A DNA stretch of 63,041 nucleotides, filler included, from Folioceros fuciformis (Eukaryota), in NCBI GenBank assembly GCA_049999805.1. It is 32 parts of 32 records of this genome, joined end to end, with 100 filler letters (N's around TTAATTAATTAA, not from the genome) between each part and the next. Parts side by side here need not be neighbours in the genome. Positions count along the whole stretch, not along the records: positions 28,526 to 38,476 come from JBNGIO010003781.1; positions 38,577 to 39,895 come from JBNGIO010003782.1; positions 39,996 to 41,342 come from JBNGIO010003784.1; positions 41,443 to 42,960 come from JBNGIO010003786.1; positions 43,061 to 45,920 come from JBNGIO010003787.1; positions 46,021 to 47,445 come from JBNGIO010003788.1; 26 more parts are not named here. One strand, written 5' to 3'. Positions 34,955 to 47,545 of the stretch are shown in pieces. The notes under the pieces are model-generated. The model ran no database searches. It was not told where the DNA came from and worked only from the letters and a program-made list of their open reading frames with translations. Each line of letters opens with the position of its first letter. The stretch's first letter is position 1. The translations under genes were made by a program, and so were the position numbers.

Positions 34955-35791
34955 ATGGTGGCTCCATGGATTCCCATCAGAGCTGCACAGGGTTTCTTCC
35001 TCTTAGTAATGTTTCAAATTCCACTCTTCAGGTGAGGCCATCTTAAAGCTTGGAGTTTGTTTTCGGAAGTGATGGCGTAGCTGTGCATCCTTTCCTGGAA
35101 TCGTAGGGTAGCTGCGAGGTTTAATTGTCTGGTGGTTTTCAGTGTTCCGTGTCGGACAGGAGTTTGCTACTCTCCGGTGGAGGTTACGGCAGGAACCGTC
35201 GCTGTGTCAAAAGCATTACCTGAGGCTGTGGTCAAGGTGTTGCTGTATCCAGGAGCTGCTTTTCATTCTCTTCTTGGACAAGGGAGTAGTCCAAAGTGGT
35301 CGACCATTCTGGAAGACTACAACATGACCCAGTTCGATACTCCCTCAAAGGCTTACATCTACCGAATCGAGGTTAGGTCTTCATCCTTTTGGCACGGCGT
35401 TAGCCTCAGTTGCACCGGGCCACTTTGAATACATGGTTTGCGGCAGTCAGGACGCTGGATGTCATGGCACTAGTTTGACTTCGTTTGCGATCCTTAGGTG
35501 GTGATTGGGAGCTACTTCGTGGTTGCTGGCGCCCTTGTGGGGCTCTTCAAGTCTGGAAGGATGGGCTTATTCGGCATCCTCTTCATCATATGGGGTCTTC
35601 TGAAGGAGGGGATTTTCGAAAGGCCCGCTGGAGTCGAGAGTGCCTTGACTTCGACCCAGGCATACCCTGGTCTGCTGTTAGCTTTGATATTGGCAGGGTT
35701 GAGCATCAGGTACGACATGAATAAGGTGCAGAAGCTCACAAGGCCATTGGCAAAGCCTCTGAAGAGCTCAACCAAAACAAAATTCAATTGA
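34955..35791 (+). CDS. Conserved plant membrane protein of unknown function (At5g52420/At5g23920-like by recollection), 199 aa; exons 34955-35031, 35143-35371, 35498-35791
   Basis: GT-AG introns of 111 and 126 nt join in frame. FQIPLF.VPCR.G.C, VVKVLLYPGA, GSYF.VAGALVGL.K.GRM.LFG.L.IIWGL.KEG; C-terminal KTKFN fits a KxKxx ER-retrieval motif. Confidence 0.85.
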
Positions 35792-36721
35792 TAGCAGCCG
35801 TGTCGGCCGACACAGCATATTCGTTGATGAGGCTGACTGCAAGCATGTCTGCAAAAGGATTCACACATAGTTTGATTCACAGTTTAGTTCAGTCACAATT
35901 CTCCCTGACATAGTGAGTACTTTTCCTCCTTCACTTGTGTCTGATATTTCAGCCTGTTCGATTGACTGGGTCGACCGCTAAGTATAGTTTTATACCTTTA
36001 CAGGTCCCTTCTCCAGGGGCCAATGAATGCGCAGAATGTTTTCAGACAGGGTGACTGCGACTTTTCATGTCGGTGGCAGGGTCCATGCACTTGGTAAACA
36101 ATTGAGGTTGAGAGAGTTTTCTCTTCCATTCCATGGGAAGGTTTTCTTTTATTTTCAGAGCAGCGCGGCTCGAATGTGATTATACAATCTCAAATATGAC
36201 CTACTCTCGACGCCAGGTAATCAAGGCAAGAATTATCACCTCTTCTCGGATTATGTTCCCGCTAGCCTATTTTGGAATCAGTCCACCTTCGGGCTGCACA
36301 TCGCACAGATCTTTCAGATATCCCCGGGGAGCACCCGGAGATGACAGGTATGTATAATATGAAAGAGTCTGTAGTATCCTTACAATGGACCCAGAGACTG
36401 TATACGATAGGAACACTCAATGTCATCTCTGCTGCTAGCTGACTGCGAAGATAACCATTGGAAATCTACCATTATTGTCCCAAACATGAATAAGAAAGAA
36501 CAATCATAAGTGGTCAATGAGTGGTCTGAATGCCTTGACGAAAGAATGACCGATTTTGAAGCACTATGTCAAGGGTGTAGCGATCCCGTCGTCTAGAAGT
36601 CCTGCGAGTTCCAGTTATCCCTGCCGAGGCCAGATTCAATGGACATCAGGAAACGTTTATTTGATATTCGACATTAAAAATATTGGAGACAATTCACTTG
36701 ACCACTTCAGGCAAAGGGAAC

Positions 36722-37534
36722 TCACAAGAAAAACGAAGAGGGAGCAGGGGCGGGGACATCCGCGTCACTGAAGGTATCGTCCAAGACGGCCAAAGACCTC
36801 CTTCCCTGCTGACTGTTGGAAGCGCAGAGCTGGGGCAGGTAGATACCTGGAAATCCGAGTAAAACAGAGTTAGATGATTTCTCGAATCCAATGGTCTCTT
36901 GCGTATAGCCATGCAGGAAAACCTTCGAGCAGTACCTTCTCCTGCAGCCAACTTGATGTACAGGTCCAAAATGTTGTGGCAAGAGCCCATGCATGCAGAG
37001 GAGCACAGCTTGCTCAATGCATCGACATCCAGAAGCTCATCGGTGGACAGTCCGAAGGTCATGCGGGAAAGGCCGCAAGCTTCAATGCACTCGTCGGTCT
37101 CGATCCATTCCACAGCCTTATCGGCGACGACAACAGACGACTGCAGAAGTGGAAAGATTTAGGAAAAGAACTTGACCGGCGATACATCCGCTCGGCTTGG
37201 CTGGATTTTAACTGAAATGAGCTTCATTGAGGAGGAAAAGTTAGATGAGCACCTGGCACTCCAACCGGGTGACTCCATCAGGGGAGTACACTTTCTCCAG
37301 CACACAGCGAGCACCGCTAGACGAAACCGAGAAGGCGCAGTCCTCAACTAGCAGCTCCTCGCACTGCAGTGCCCCTGCACGTTCCCAGAAACAATGCGTT
37401 AAAAGAAATGAACGGCGGTCCGTTGAAGGTCAAAAATGAACTCGCCAGAGCGAAACGGGAGAAGTCGTACCGTATGAGAAGGAGGCCGACGCCAGGACCA
37501 CAACCAGGAACAGCACGATGCACGAGCGAGCCAT
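36722..37534 (-). CDS. PAR1 (photoassimilate-responsive) family secreted Cys-rich protein, 171 aa; exons 37534-37471, 37374-37253, 37140-36936, 36846-36722
   Basis: Signal peptide MARSCIVLFLVVVLASASFS; CEEL..EDCAFSVSSSGARCVLE; IETDECIEACG; KLCS.AC...C.NILDLY.KLAAGEG.YLP.LC; introns 96, 112, 89 nt. Confidence 0.9.
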
Positions 37535-38576
37535 TTCCTTGAGCTGAAGAAGCACTGCGCACAATAGGAACAAGCTCAAGATCAGTCCTACGAATCATAA
37601 AAATCTTTCAATCTCACATCCTACAGAGATTCAGCGGTGTCTGCTCCAAATATCCCCCTCCCGTTCAAGCTACAAGCCCGGAATCACTCTCCCCCCTCCC
37701 CTCCCCAGACCGCAACCGCCACGTTGCAACACCAGCAGAATCCGAACAGGACAAATCTTGCCGACTGCTACCACCCGCCGATCTAGACTAGAGAGCGACT
37801 AAAGAAGCTCCCGGACCCGAACCCGGTCCTGTCCATCCGCAAAGCAAACAACAGCAGACTTGAATCTATCTAACCAGGCTCTTCTTCCGCATACCACCGG
37901 ACTTTGCCAAGGAGACAAAAGAACTCAGATCTGGAGACCGACAGAGCAGCGCAACCCGATCCAGTCCTCCGTCCCTATGCATCCATAGCTCAGCATTCCT
38001 CCCCCTCTACCCTTCCTTCCTACCCGCGGCCTGCGCTAGCGTGAATGACACCCCTTCGTGTACCTGCTTGGATCAGATCTCCTCTCCGGATTGCAAGCGG
38101 TGCGGAAACGACAGCGAATGGACTCGAGAGAAGACAGCGGCAGAGGGAGTCAGAGCGCAGGGAGGCGGAACGGCAATGCTGCAGCAGGCGTCCAGTCTGC
38201 AATCTCGCTGGGGAGCTGTGAGATGGCAGACGCTGCAGCAGAGCAGCTTGAGAAGACCGGTGATGCGAGGCCGCTTAATAGGAGAAGCGGGCCGGGAAGC
38301 TGCCGCGCCTGCCGCTTCTTCGCTGGCGGACGCGGGAACGTGAGGGCAACACCACGCTTACTTCCCGCCGGGTAAACCAAACCAGCCTGGGTCAAGGAGC
38401 CCGCCGCCGAGCCGCCTGGCGATACTCAGTTTCCCCTTTCGTCCTCTCACACCGCGTGTGCCGGGCCTGGGTCCTGNNNNNNNNNNNNNNNNNNNNNNNN
38501 NNNNNNNNNNNNNNNNNNNNTTAATTAATTAANNNNNNNNNNNNNNNNNNNNNNNNNNNNNNNNNNNNNNNNNNNN

Positions 38577-39049
38577 GGTGCATCCTATTTTGTCACTTTT
38601 ATAGATGATTTCTTACGCAAGGTGTGGGTTTATCTTTTGAGGAAAAAAGGATGATGTTCTCACAGTGTTTCAAAAGTTCGTCACCCTTGTGGAGAATCAA
38701 TCTAGCCTTCAACTGAAGTGTCCAAGAACAGACAATGGGGGAGAGTATGTTTTGAAGGCTTTCCAGTCATTCTGTGAAGGGAATCAAGAGAGAATTGACT
38801 ACGCCGTATACTCCTCCCCAGAATGGTGTGGCTGAACGGATGAACAGGACCATCCAGGAAAGCATGCATAGTTTGTTGTCAAACTCTGGATTGCTTAACG
38901 GATTTTGGGTAGAAGCAGTGGTTACTGCAGTGCATCTTATTGACAGATCTCCTAATAGGGCTGTGGATGAACAGGTTCCAGAGGAGATGTGGTCTGGGAA
39001 GAAGCCGTCTTACAAGCAGCTACGAGTGTTTGGCTGCGAGGCATACTAC
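38577..39049 (+). mobile_element. pol: Ty1/Copia integrase core fragment
   Basis: YFVTFIDD, RTDNGGEY, PYTPPQNGVAERMNRT, LRVFGCEAY. Confidence 0.92.
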
Positions 39050-39063
39050 CATGGTAGTATGCC

Positions 39064-39535
39064 AAACCAACAGTGGTAGCGAGCGTCATCCAACTGCCTT
39101 GTGCGTCATCCAGCATGCTTTTGGTCAACTTCGGAACATGCCTAACATCCTTCAGTACGAATGAAGATCCGTTGTCAAACTTCAGCTGCACATCACCAAC
39201 GCCTGCAATCTCACATGCGTAGTTATTTCCAAGCCTAACACATCCTTTCCTAGTAGCATCATAAGTGCGAAACCACTCCCTATGCGGAGTAACATGGAAA
39301 GATGCTATAGAGTCAATTATCCAATTAGAGAATAAGTGGCTCTCCACGGCTGTCAGTTGTGCAGAATCGAAGGAAGAAGAGATAAGAACATCTCCATCGT
39401 CAACAGAATTCACCTTCTCAAGCTTGCTACTCGAGCTTGCCTTATTGTCGCTCTGCTTCTTCTCCTTTCCTTTGTCCTTCTTGAACTGCTCGCAGTCCTT
39501 CCTGATGTGACCCTTCTTGTGACAATGGTAACACT
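39064..39535 (-). mobile_element. gag-pol: Ty1/Copia zinc knuckle - protease fragment, opposite orientation to the adjacent integrase
   Basis: CYHCHKKGHIRKDC; WIIDSIASFHVTPH; LKDVRHVP. Confidence 0.9.
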
Positions 39536-40159
39536 NNNNNNNNNNNNNNNNNNNNNNNNNNNNNNNNNNNNNNNNNNNNNNNNNNNNNNNNNNNNNNNNN
39601 NNNNNNNNNNNNNNNNNNNNNNNNNNNNNNNNNNNGAGCCTAAATCCTCCGTTGAGATCCGATTCCGCCTTATGGCCTAGATCCCAGCTAGCCTCCGTCT
39701 TTGCCCTCAACGTCGATGCTCCGACAATTGCAATCCAGTGCCCGGCGTTAGCGACTCCCATATACGACGACACCCCGTGATTCGGCATCGTAGCCTCCCT
39801 CGTTCGTGGGACTGGCGTCCGTCAGCCCTGCCGTTCACCGACCGGGAGTGGCACTCGTCGGCCGGCTCGCGCCTTGGCGATGCCCCGTGCCACACNNNNN
39901 NNNNNNNNNNNNNNNNNNNNNNNNNNNNNNNNNNNNNNNTTAATTAATTAANNNNNNNNNNNNNNNNNNNNNNNNNNNNNNNNNNNNNNNNNNNNCCTAT
40001 CTACCACACAACCTACCTACTCTATCGACTCACCATAAATCTAGCTACTATTCTAGCCTAATCTCCCAACCTTTCCTCTACAACACTCACTCACATATCC
40101 AAAAAAAAAAAAGAAAACCTATCATTTTCCAGGGGTTTGTTCAGCATGTGGAGTCCACA

Positions 40160-41342
40160 GATGTCAAGAATGCCTTCTTGAATGGTGAGTTGCAGGAGGA
40201 AGTGTACGTGGAACAGCCTAAAGGCTATGTTCATCCTAAGTTTCCAACATACGTCTGCAAACTGAAGAAGGCATTGTATGGACTCAAACAGGCACCTAGA
40301 GCATGGAATGCTCGTATCACAAGCTATTTGAAGNNNNNNNNNNNNNNNNNNNNNNNNNNNNNNNNNNNNNNNNNNNNNNNNNNNNNNNNNNNNNNNNNNN
40401 NNNNNNNNNNNNNNNNNNNNNNNNNNNNNNNNNCTCAACGACAGTGGGATAAGTGTGGCCACTAAAGGTGGAACCCGTCGGCAATCAGTGCCCAGGGTTT
40501 TGCCTCCACAAGCGGCCCGGCTACGGAGAGCAGGGGTTGCAGAGGAGCGCTTGCAAGGGCTGGGCCAGCAGCACGGACATTCGGCTGCGGGGAGGTAGCC
40601 TAGTCTGGCTGTAGGCAGGCAACCTAGTAGCAGGCGGGTGGGTGACCTAGCAGGCACGGCGTCGGGATCCAGGCGGCCATGGCTGGCTGGCCAGGATCGC
40701 GAGGGGGCTGGCTAGGGGCTACAGCAAGCGGGCCCGCAAGCGGGCTGCTTGGCCAAATCCAGGTGAGACCAAGTTTGCTGAGGCAGTGACAGATGATAAG
40801 TGGTGTCAAGCCATGGATGAAGGATACTCAGCATTAGTTGAGAACGGAATGTGGGATTTGGTTCAATTGCCTGATGGCAAGGTTCCTATTGGTTCTGAGT
40901 GGGTGTACAAGTTGAAGTTCAATTCAAATGGAACGCTGGAGCGTTACAAGGCCAGATTGGTTGCAAAGGGATATGCACAACAGTATGGTCTTGATTATGA
41001 GGAAACCTTTAGTCTAGTAGCCAAGATGACAACTGTAAGGACAGTCATAACATTAGCAGCAGCTAAAGGATGGAAGTTATGACAAATGGATGTCAAGAAT
41101 GCCTTCTTGAATGGTGAGTTGCAGGAGGAAGTGTACGTAGAATAGCCTGAAGGCTATGTTCATCCTAAGTTTCCAACATACGTCTGCAAACTAAAGAAGG
41201 CATTGTATGGACTCAAACAGGCACCTAGAGCATGGAATGCTCGTATCACAAGCTATTTGAAGGAGCGAGGGTTTGTGATTGGAGACGCAGATCACAGTCT
41301 GTTTGTAAAACAGACCAAGGTAGGACAAGTGTGTCTTGTCGT
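40160..41342 (+). mobile_element. pol: Two Copia RT fragments (40160-40333, ~40775-41342) separated by an LTR end (40434-40510) and a GC-rich tract
   Basis: [30 protein letters not shown]; same family as 44067-45715. Confidence 0.9.
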
Positions 41343-41919
41343 NNNNNNNNNNNNNNNNNNNNNNNNNNNNNNNNNNNNNNNNNNNNTTAATTAATTAANN
41401 NNNNNNNNNNNNNNNNNNNNNNNNNNNNNNNNNNNNNNNNNNCTTGTAGAGTGACGGTCCCTTGGGTGTGTGGGCCCATAACCTGTTGAGATGTCACCCC
41501 CGCCATGCTCAAATGAGGTTAAAACAAGTTAGTTGAAGCAAAATGCAGAATCCCAAAAATAAGAGCACTATAACAAGGCTCTTAAACTCAAATAAAAAGG
41601 AGAATTACAAAGACAACACAATACAAGTGAAGAGGGTGTTAGACAACAAATACTAAGTGGGTTCATCCCTTCTTTGATGGACCTATGGGTGGCACTCTCA
41701 TTTCGTGCCCAATATGGGATAAATGACCCCAAACCCTACAATACCTTTTTGCCTAACATAACAAAGTCTAATAAGCTATATATATTAATCATAACCTTAA
41801 TCACTCTTACCACTAATTANNNNNNNNNNNNNNNNNNNNNNNNNNNNNNNNNNNNNNNNNNNNNNNNNNNNNNNNNNNNNNNNNNNNNNNNNNNNNNNNN
41901 NNNNNNNNNNNNNNNNNNN

Positions 41920-42900
41920 TAGCCCATTTGTTGGTGATGAAGCATACTTCTAGCGCACTCCACCAAAGTCCTATCTCTACGTTTTGCAACCCCGTTTTGT
42001 TGAGGGCTATAAGGAGCTGAGAATTGATGCATGATTCTGTGCTCCTTGCAAAAAGCCTCAAAATCCTTAGATATGTATTTCCCACCATTATCACTCCTCA
42101 AAACCTTGATTTGCTTACCAATCTGATTCTCCACAAGTTCCTTGTATTCCTTGAACTTTGACAAACCTGCATCTTCAACATTGAGAAAGTAAACCATGGC
42201 CTTGTATTCCTTGAACTTTGACAAACCTGCATCTTCAACATTGAGAAAGTAAACCATGGTGTACCTAAACTTTTCGTCAATGAAAGTGAGGAAATACTTG
42301 GCTCCTCCTAAAGATGTGGTCTTCATGGGACCACAAATGTCTAAATAGATCAAATCCAACAAATTATTAGCCCTGCTTCCCTCCTTGAAAAAGGAAAGGC
42401 GATGTTGCTTGACCATCGTGCATCCCTTGCAAACACCGATGGTTTCTTCTCCTCCAAGGTCAAGCCCTTGCACCATGCCCTTCTTCTCCATCAGCATGAT
42501 GTTTTGCACTCCAAGGTGGCCCAACCTTTGATGCCACAACAACAACTTGTTTATGTTGTTTTCCACCACGTTGGCCTGCATCCTTAGGTTTGGCATCACA
42601 ATGCTCCCACTCAAACAGTACATCTTTCCAACCTTTAAGCCTTGTGCCTTGACATCACCTTTGTATTGGTCAAGGTCACATTAGCTCCCTCAAACTTCAC
42701 CCTCAATCCTTGAGAAGTAGATGCTCTCACAGACAATAAGTTCTTCCCCAACCCTAGTACATAAAGGACCCTTTTAAACATACCTTGAATAGGTCTTTAG
42801 GAGTGTTCATGCGCAAGAACACAACTCCTTTGCATCTTTGAGCTAAATATCCCCCAAATAAATGCTTGTTGGAGGGATGGTGTGGAGCGATTCTTGCATC
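41920..42900 (-). mobile_element. pol: Copia protease remnant - GAG-pre-integrase - integrase, with in-frame 60-bp tandem duplication (42140-42259)
   Basis: LWHQRLGH, CKGC, DICGP, YFLTFIDE, LRSDNGGKY, PQQNGVA; MVYFLNVEDAGLSKFKEYK occurs twice. Confidence 0.9.
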
Positions 42901-43484
42901 TAAGAACCACCAAAGGGTCCACATTAGCCCTTATTGTCGTTGCAGTGTCCACATTAGCCCNNNNNNNNNNNNNNNNNNNNNNNNNNNNNNNNNNNNNNNN
43001 NNNNTTAATTAATTAANNNNNNNNNNNNNNNNNNNNNNNNNNNNNNNNNNNNNNNNNNNNCATTGAGAGGCGCAGGAGGCGCAGCGGCGTAGGCAGCATA
43101 GGAAGCCACAACAGGCGCCACAAGCGTAAGAGCATGCGAGAGGCACGAGAGGGAGAGAGACTCAGGAGGAGCAGCAACTACTGGAGGCAANNNNNNNNNN
43201 NNNNNNNNNNNNNNNNNNNNNNNNNNNNNNNNNNNNNNNNNNNNNNNNNNNNNNNNNNNNNNNNNNNNNNNNNNNNNNNNNNNNNNNNNNGATTGAGGCT
43301 TGTGGAGTGCTGGAGCTCTACAGCAGTGCAGGGAGTTGCACTCAAGATTGTCAAAAACATTCTTGGAAGACGCATGAAAGTGTTTTGACAATCTGTCCAC
43401 AAGGGACTTGGTGGCACAGCAAGCAAGAGAAGGCAACTGACCTGAGGTGCAGGACAAGTGTTGGTGCGTAAAGGAGCCTGAATC

Positions 43485-45920
43485 ATGGCTAACATGCAGG
43501 GATCAGACAATATCTCTCAGGTTGTGGGAGAGAAGTTGGATAACAAGAATTTTGCTTTGTAGAAGTTCAGTCTGTAGAACTTCTTGGTAGGTAGAGGCTA
43601 TTGAGACCTCTACACAAGTGATAAGAGTGAACCGGAGATAGATCGTACTCCATCACAAGAGCAAAAGACTACTCACAAGCATTGGACTGAGAGAGCATGT
43701 AAACTGTTACACTGGCTCTTCTTAAGTATTTCAGATACTATGGTCATACAGATCACGAGATGTGAGTCTCCGAAGGATGCATGGGACATACTCATGAGGA
43801 ACTATGGGAATGTCACACATGCTAGGAAAATCCAGTTGAAGCAGCAGTTCAACAACTTGTCACGAGGTAGCAGATCCATACTCATGTATACAACAGAGGT
43901 GAAGACCATAGCTGATCAACTTCCTACAATCGGTGCAAGTGTGACGGAAGATGACATGATTGCAGTTACTCTGAACGGACTTGGCAAGGAATACAAGTCT
44001 TTTGACACATCAATCTCTGTGAGAGCTAAGTCCCCAAGTTAGGATGAATTGGTTGCTTTGTTGCAGGTTCAAACTGAACCAAGACCAAGGAGATTTGAGA
44101 GGGTTAGGAAACCCATTGACATGTACACCTATACAAGCTACAATGCGCAACATTATGTGTATATGACAAGGGTCACAGCTTGTAAGGAGCCAACCAATTT
44201 TGCTGAGGTAGTGACAGATAATAAGTGGTGTCAAGCCATGGATGAAGAATACTCAGCATTAGTTGAGAACGGAATGTGGGATTTGGTTCAATTGCCTGAT
44301 GGCAAGGTTCCTATTGGTTATAAGTGGGTGTACAAGCTAAAGTTCAAGTCAGATGGAACGCTCGAGCGTTACAAGGCCAGGTTGGTTGCAAAGGGATATG
44401 CACAACAATATGGTCTTGATTATGAGGAAACCTTTAGTCCAGTAGCCAAGATGAGAAATGTAAAGACAGTTATAGCATTAGCAGCAGCTAAAGGATGGAA
44501 GTTATGGCAAATGGATGTCAAGAATGCTTTCTTGAATGGTGAGTTGCAGGAGGAAGTGTACGTGGAACAGCCTGAAGGCTATATTCATTCTAAGTTTCCA
44601 ACGTATGTATGCAAACTGAAGAAGGCATTGTATGGACTCAAACAGGCACTAGAGCATGGAATGCTCGTATCACAAGCTATTTGAAGGAGCGAGGGTTTGT
44701 GATTGGAGACGCAGATCATAGTCTTTTTGTAAAATAGACCAAGGTAGGACAAGTGTGTCTTGTCGTTTATGTTAACGACCTGATCATCATAGGAAATGAT
44801 GTAGATGGTATTGCAAATGTCAAGGCGAATCTGCAAAAAGAGTTCAAGGTGAAGGATCTTGGTGAACTCAGATACTTCTTAAGAATTGAGGTTGTGTCTA
44901 CACCTCAAGGAATCTGGCTGTTGCAAAAACAATATGCTAAGGATATGCTGCAGAAGTATGGCATGGCAGATTGCAAAGCGATGGAAACACCATTGGAGTA
45001 GAACGTCAAGCTGCAAATGGATGTAGGAACTGAGCTGGAAAATGTGACCATGTATCGACAGATGGTCGAAAGTTTGATCTACGTGACTATCACACGTCCT
45101 GACTTAAGTTATGCAGTAGGACTAATTAGTCACTTCATGTAGAACCCAAGGAAACCGCACTTGGATGCAGTTAGAAGAATCATGAGATATGTAAAAGGAA
45201 CTACTGAGTTTGGATTGCTCTATGAGCATAAGAAGCATCTTGAACTGACAGGATATACAGATGCTGATTGGGTTGGTTGTGCGTATGACAGAAGATCAAC
45301 CAGTGGATATGCATTCAGTCTGGGTAGTAGTATGATCAGCTGGCAAAGCAAGAAACAACCGACAGTTGCTTTGTCAAGCACAGAAGCAAAGTATCGAGGA
45401 GCGGCAATGGCAGTCTGTGAAGTAGCTTGGTTGCAGAAGTTGCTACATGATCTTGAAAATATAGTCAACAGCAAGGTCACAATCTACTGTGACAACATGA
45501 GTAGCATTAGGTTGGCTACTAATCTTGTGTTTCATGCTCGTTTGAAGCACATAGAAGTACATTATCATTTTATCAGGGAAGTGGTATTATTTGAGAAGAT
45601 AGATCTTCGGCACGTGAAGACCGAAAACTAGGTAGCAGATATCTTTACTAAGTCGCTAGGTCGAGATAAGTTCTTATACTTTTGTGAACTACTTGGAGTG
45701 TTACAAATAGTCTGAGCTTGAGGGGGAGTGTTAAAAATCAAGCTCTAACTGAATTGTTATTAAGAGCATACAATACTTAGGATAGTGTAGATTATCCCAT
45801 ATTGAACTCGTAGTTATCTACCACCTAAGTGTTATCACGATATATCACGATATATTAGGATATTGCACCCTCGAGACTAAGGCTTACCTTATCGAGGGTT
45901 GCCCCGCCTGAAGGCTATAT
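43485..45920 (+). mobile_element. gag-pol: Internally deleted Copia element: gag fused to linker-RT-RNase H, PPT (45720-45728), 3' LTR from 45729
   Basis: Gag from ATG 43485 (...TLNGLGKEYKSF); no knuckle, protease or integrase; RT and RNase H motifs; GAGGGGGAG then TGTTAAA; many stops. Confidence 0.9.
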
Positions 45921-46500
45921 NNNNNNNNNNNNNNNNNNNNNNNNNNNNNNNNNNNNNNNNNNNNTTAATTAATTAANNNNNNNNNNNNNNNNNNNNNNNN
46001 NNNNNNNNNNNNNNNNNNNNAGTCAACCTGGGTAGCACCGAATGCCTCGTGAACCATGTATGGCTACTTCTGCAACTAGATTGGGACCAGAGCAACGCAC
46101 CTCCCCTACGGACAGCCAGAGGACATAACTAACATTTGGCTGTCCGCCGACGAGCAACGTTGCTCGCAGGCGGAAGATCTGAATACAGACGTACTACTCA
46201 CAGGTGGAGAGCCAGATGGTGGGAACAAGGCTGCTCCTCAAGGGCATGAGACGGGTAACTGGGCTGGACCATGGGGCCTCCTTGGCCAGCAGGATGGAGT
46301 AGACGATAAGAGGAAGGTGGAGGCTTGAAGGGTTGCAGGATGATTCGAGGGAAAGGGAGGAGAGGAGAGTGTTGAGGAGCACTCCGGATTCTTGCTAGTT
46401 NNNNNNNNNNNNNNNNNNNNNNNNNNNNNNNNNNNNNNNNNNNNNNNNNNNNNNNNNNNNNNNNNNNNNNNNNNNNNNNNNNNNNNNNNNNNNNNNNNNN

Positions 46501-46750
46501 GGTCAGGCCTAGATTAGGTCTAGGTCAGGCCTAGATTAGGTCTAGGTCAGGCCTAGATTAGGTCTAGGTCAGGCCTAGATTAGGTCTAGCTCAGGCCTAG
46601 ATTAGGTCTAGGTCAGGCCTAGATCAGGTCTAGGTCAGGCCTGGATCAGGTCTAGGTCAAGCTTAGATTAGGTTTAGGTCAGACCTAGGTTAGGTCTAGG
46701 TCAGGCTTAGATTAGGGTTAGGTCAGACTTAGATTAGGTTTAGGTTAGAA
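46501..46750 (+). repeat. 22-bp tandem repeat (GGTCAGGCCTAGATTAGGTCTA; two related 11-mers), ~11 copies, degenerating rightwards
   Basis: Direct reading. Confidence 0.93.
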
Positions 46751-47106
46751 CTGGATGTAGGATGGTTTAAGTCAGAGAGAGAGATGAGGGTTAGGAGTAC
46801 AAGAGGAGAGGCCTGCCATTGAGAGAGGGGGGTCTATGGTGTGATATCCCCGGACCTTGTGTGCGGAACTCCTGGCTTAGGGCGTTGAGATCGAACCAAG
46901 GTTCTGATTTCCCTTGCCACTAGGGGAACGTGGAGATCCCAAGACTGTCAAGATTCGTGTGGCCGGATCCGCAAGGGCTCAATGATTTGCAGGCTGGCTG
47001 AAGTGGAGGAACAGGACCGTGAGCTGGAGGGCTATCCAGTCCTAGTGTCCACACTATGCTTGGAGGCTGCAGGGCGTGAAGCCATTGTGTCCCAATTTCC
47101 AAGAAG

Positions 47107-47225
47107 GGACTGAAGTGCGAATCTTGAAGAGTTGAGGTGAAGGAGAAAGGGACTGAAGTGGGAATCTTGAAGAGCTAAGGTGAAGGAGAAAGGGAATGAA
47201 GTGGGAATCATGAAGAGCTAAAGGA
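47107..47225 (+). repeat. 43-bp imperfect tandem repeat, ~2.7 copies
   Basis: GGGACTGAAGTG.GAATCTTGAAGAG.T.AGGTGAAGGAGAAA repeated. Confidence 0.8.
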
Positions 47226-47545
47226 TTGAAGAACATGAGTGAGTTGGGTGAGCTGACTTTGGGGGTAGGCTAGGCTTCTAGCCTTTTTGTTGTGAGTGTA
47301 TGGACAGGCCTATGGACCGGCTGATAGGTAGAAGTGTGATAGGTAGTGTTCCTTGGCACAAGTTCACTCCCTTGGGAGCGAACCATAGGACTGCAGCAAC
47401 AATAGGGGGATGTGTGGCCCTTGGGTGGTTCTTGGGTGCAAGAAANNNNNNNNNNNNNNNNNNNNNNNNNNNNNNNNNNNNNNNNNNNNTTAATTAATTA
47501 ANNNNNNNNNNNNNNNNNNNNNNNNNNNNNNNNNNNNNNNNNNNN

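Noticed and set aside
34955-35791. COR413 cold-regulated protein
   Set aside because: Hydrophobicity is similar but the motifs fit a different uncharacterised family.
37600-38476. Sixth gene in the island
   Set aside because: Short GC-rich ORFs with no recognisable domain or consistent exon chain; more likely promoter/UTR.
43061-43484. Possible second pre-gag ORF or MYND-like motif (CTQDCQKHSWKTH) upstream of another Copia gag
   Set aside because: Split by a gap, stops in most frames, incomplete Cys pattern and no second copy to test.
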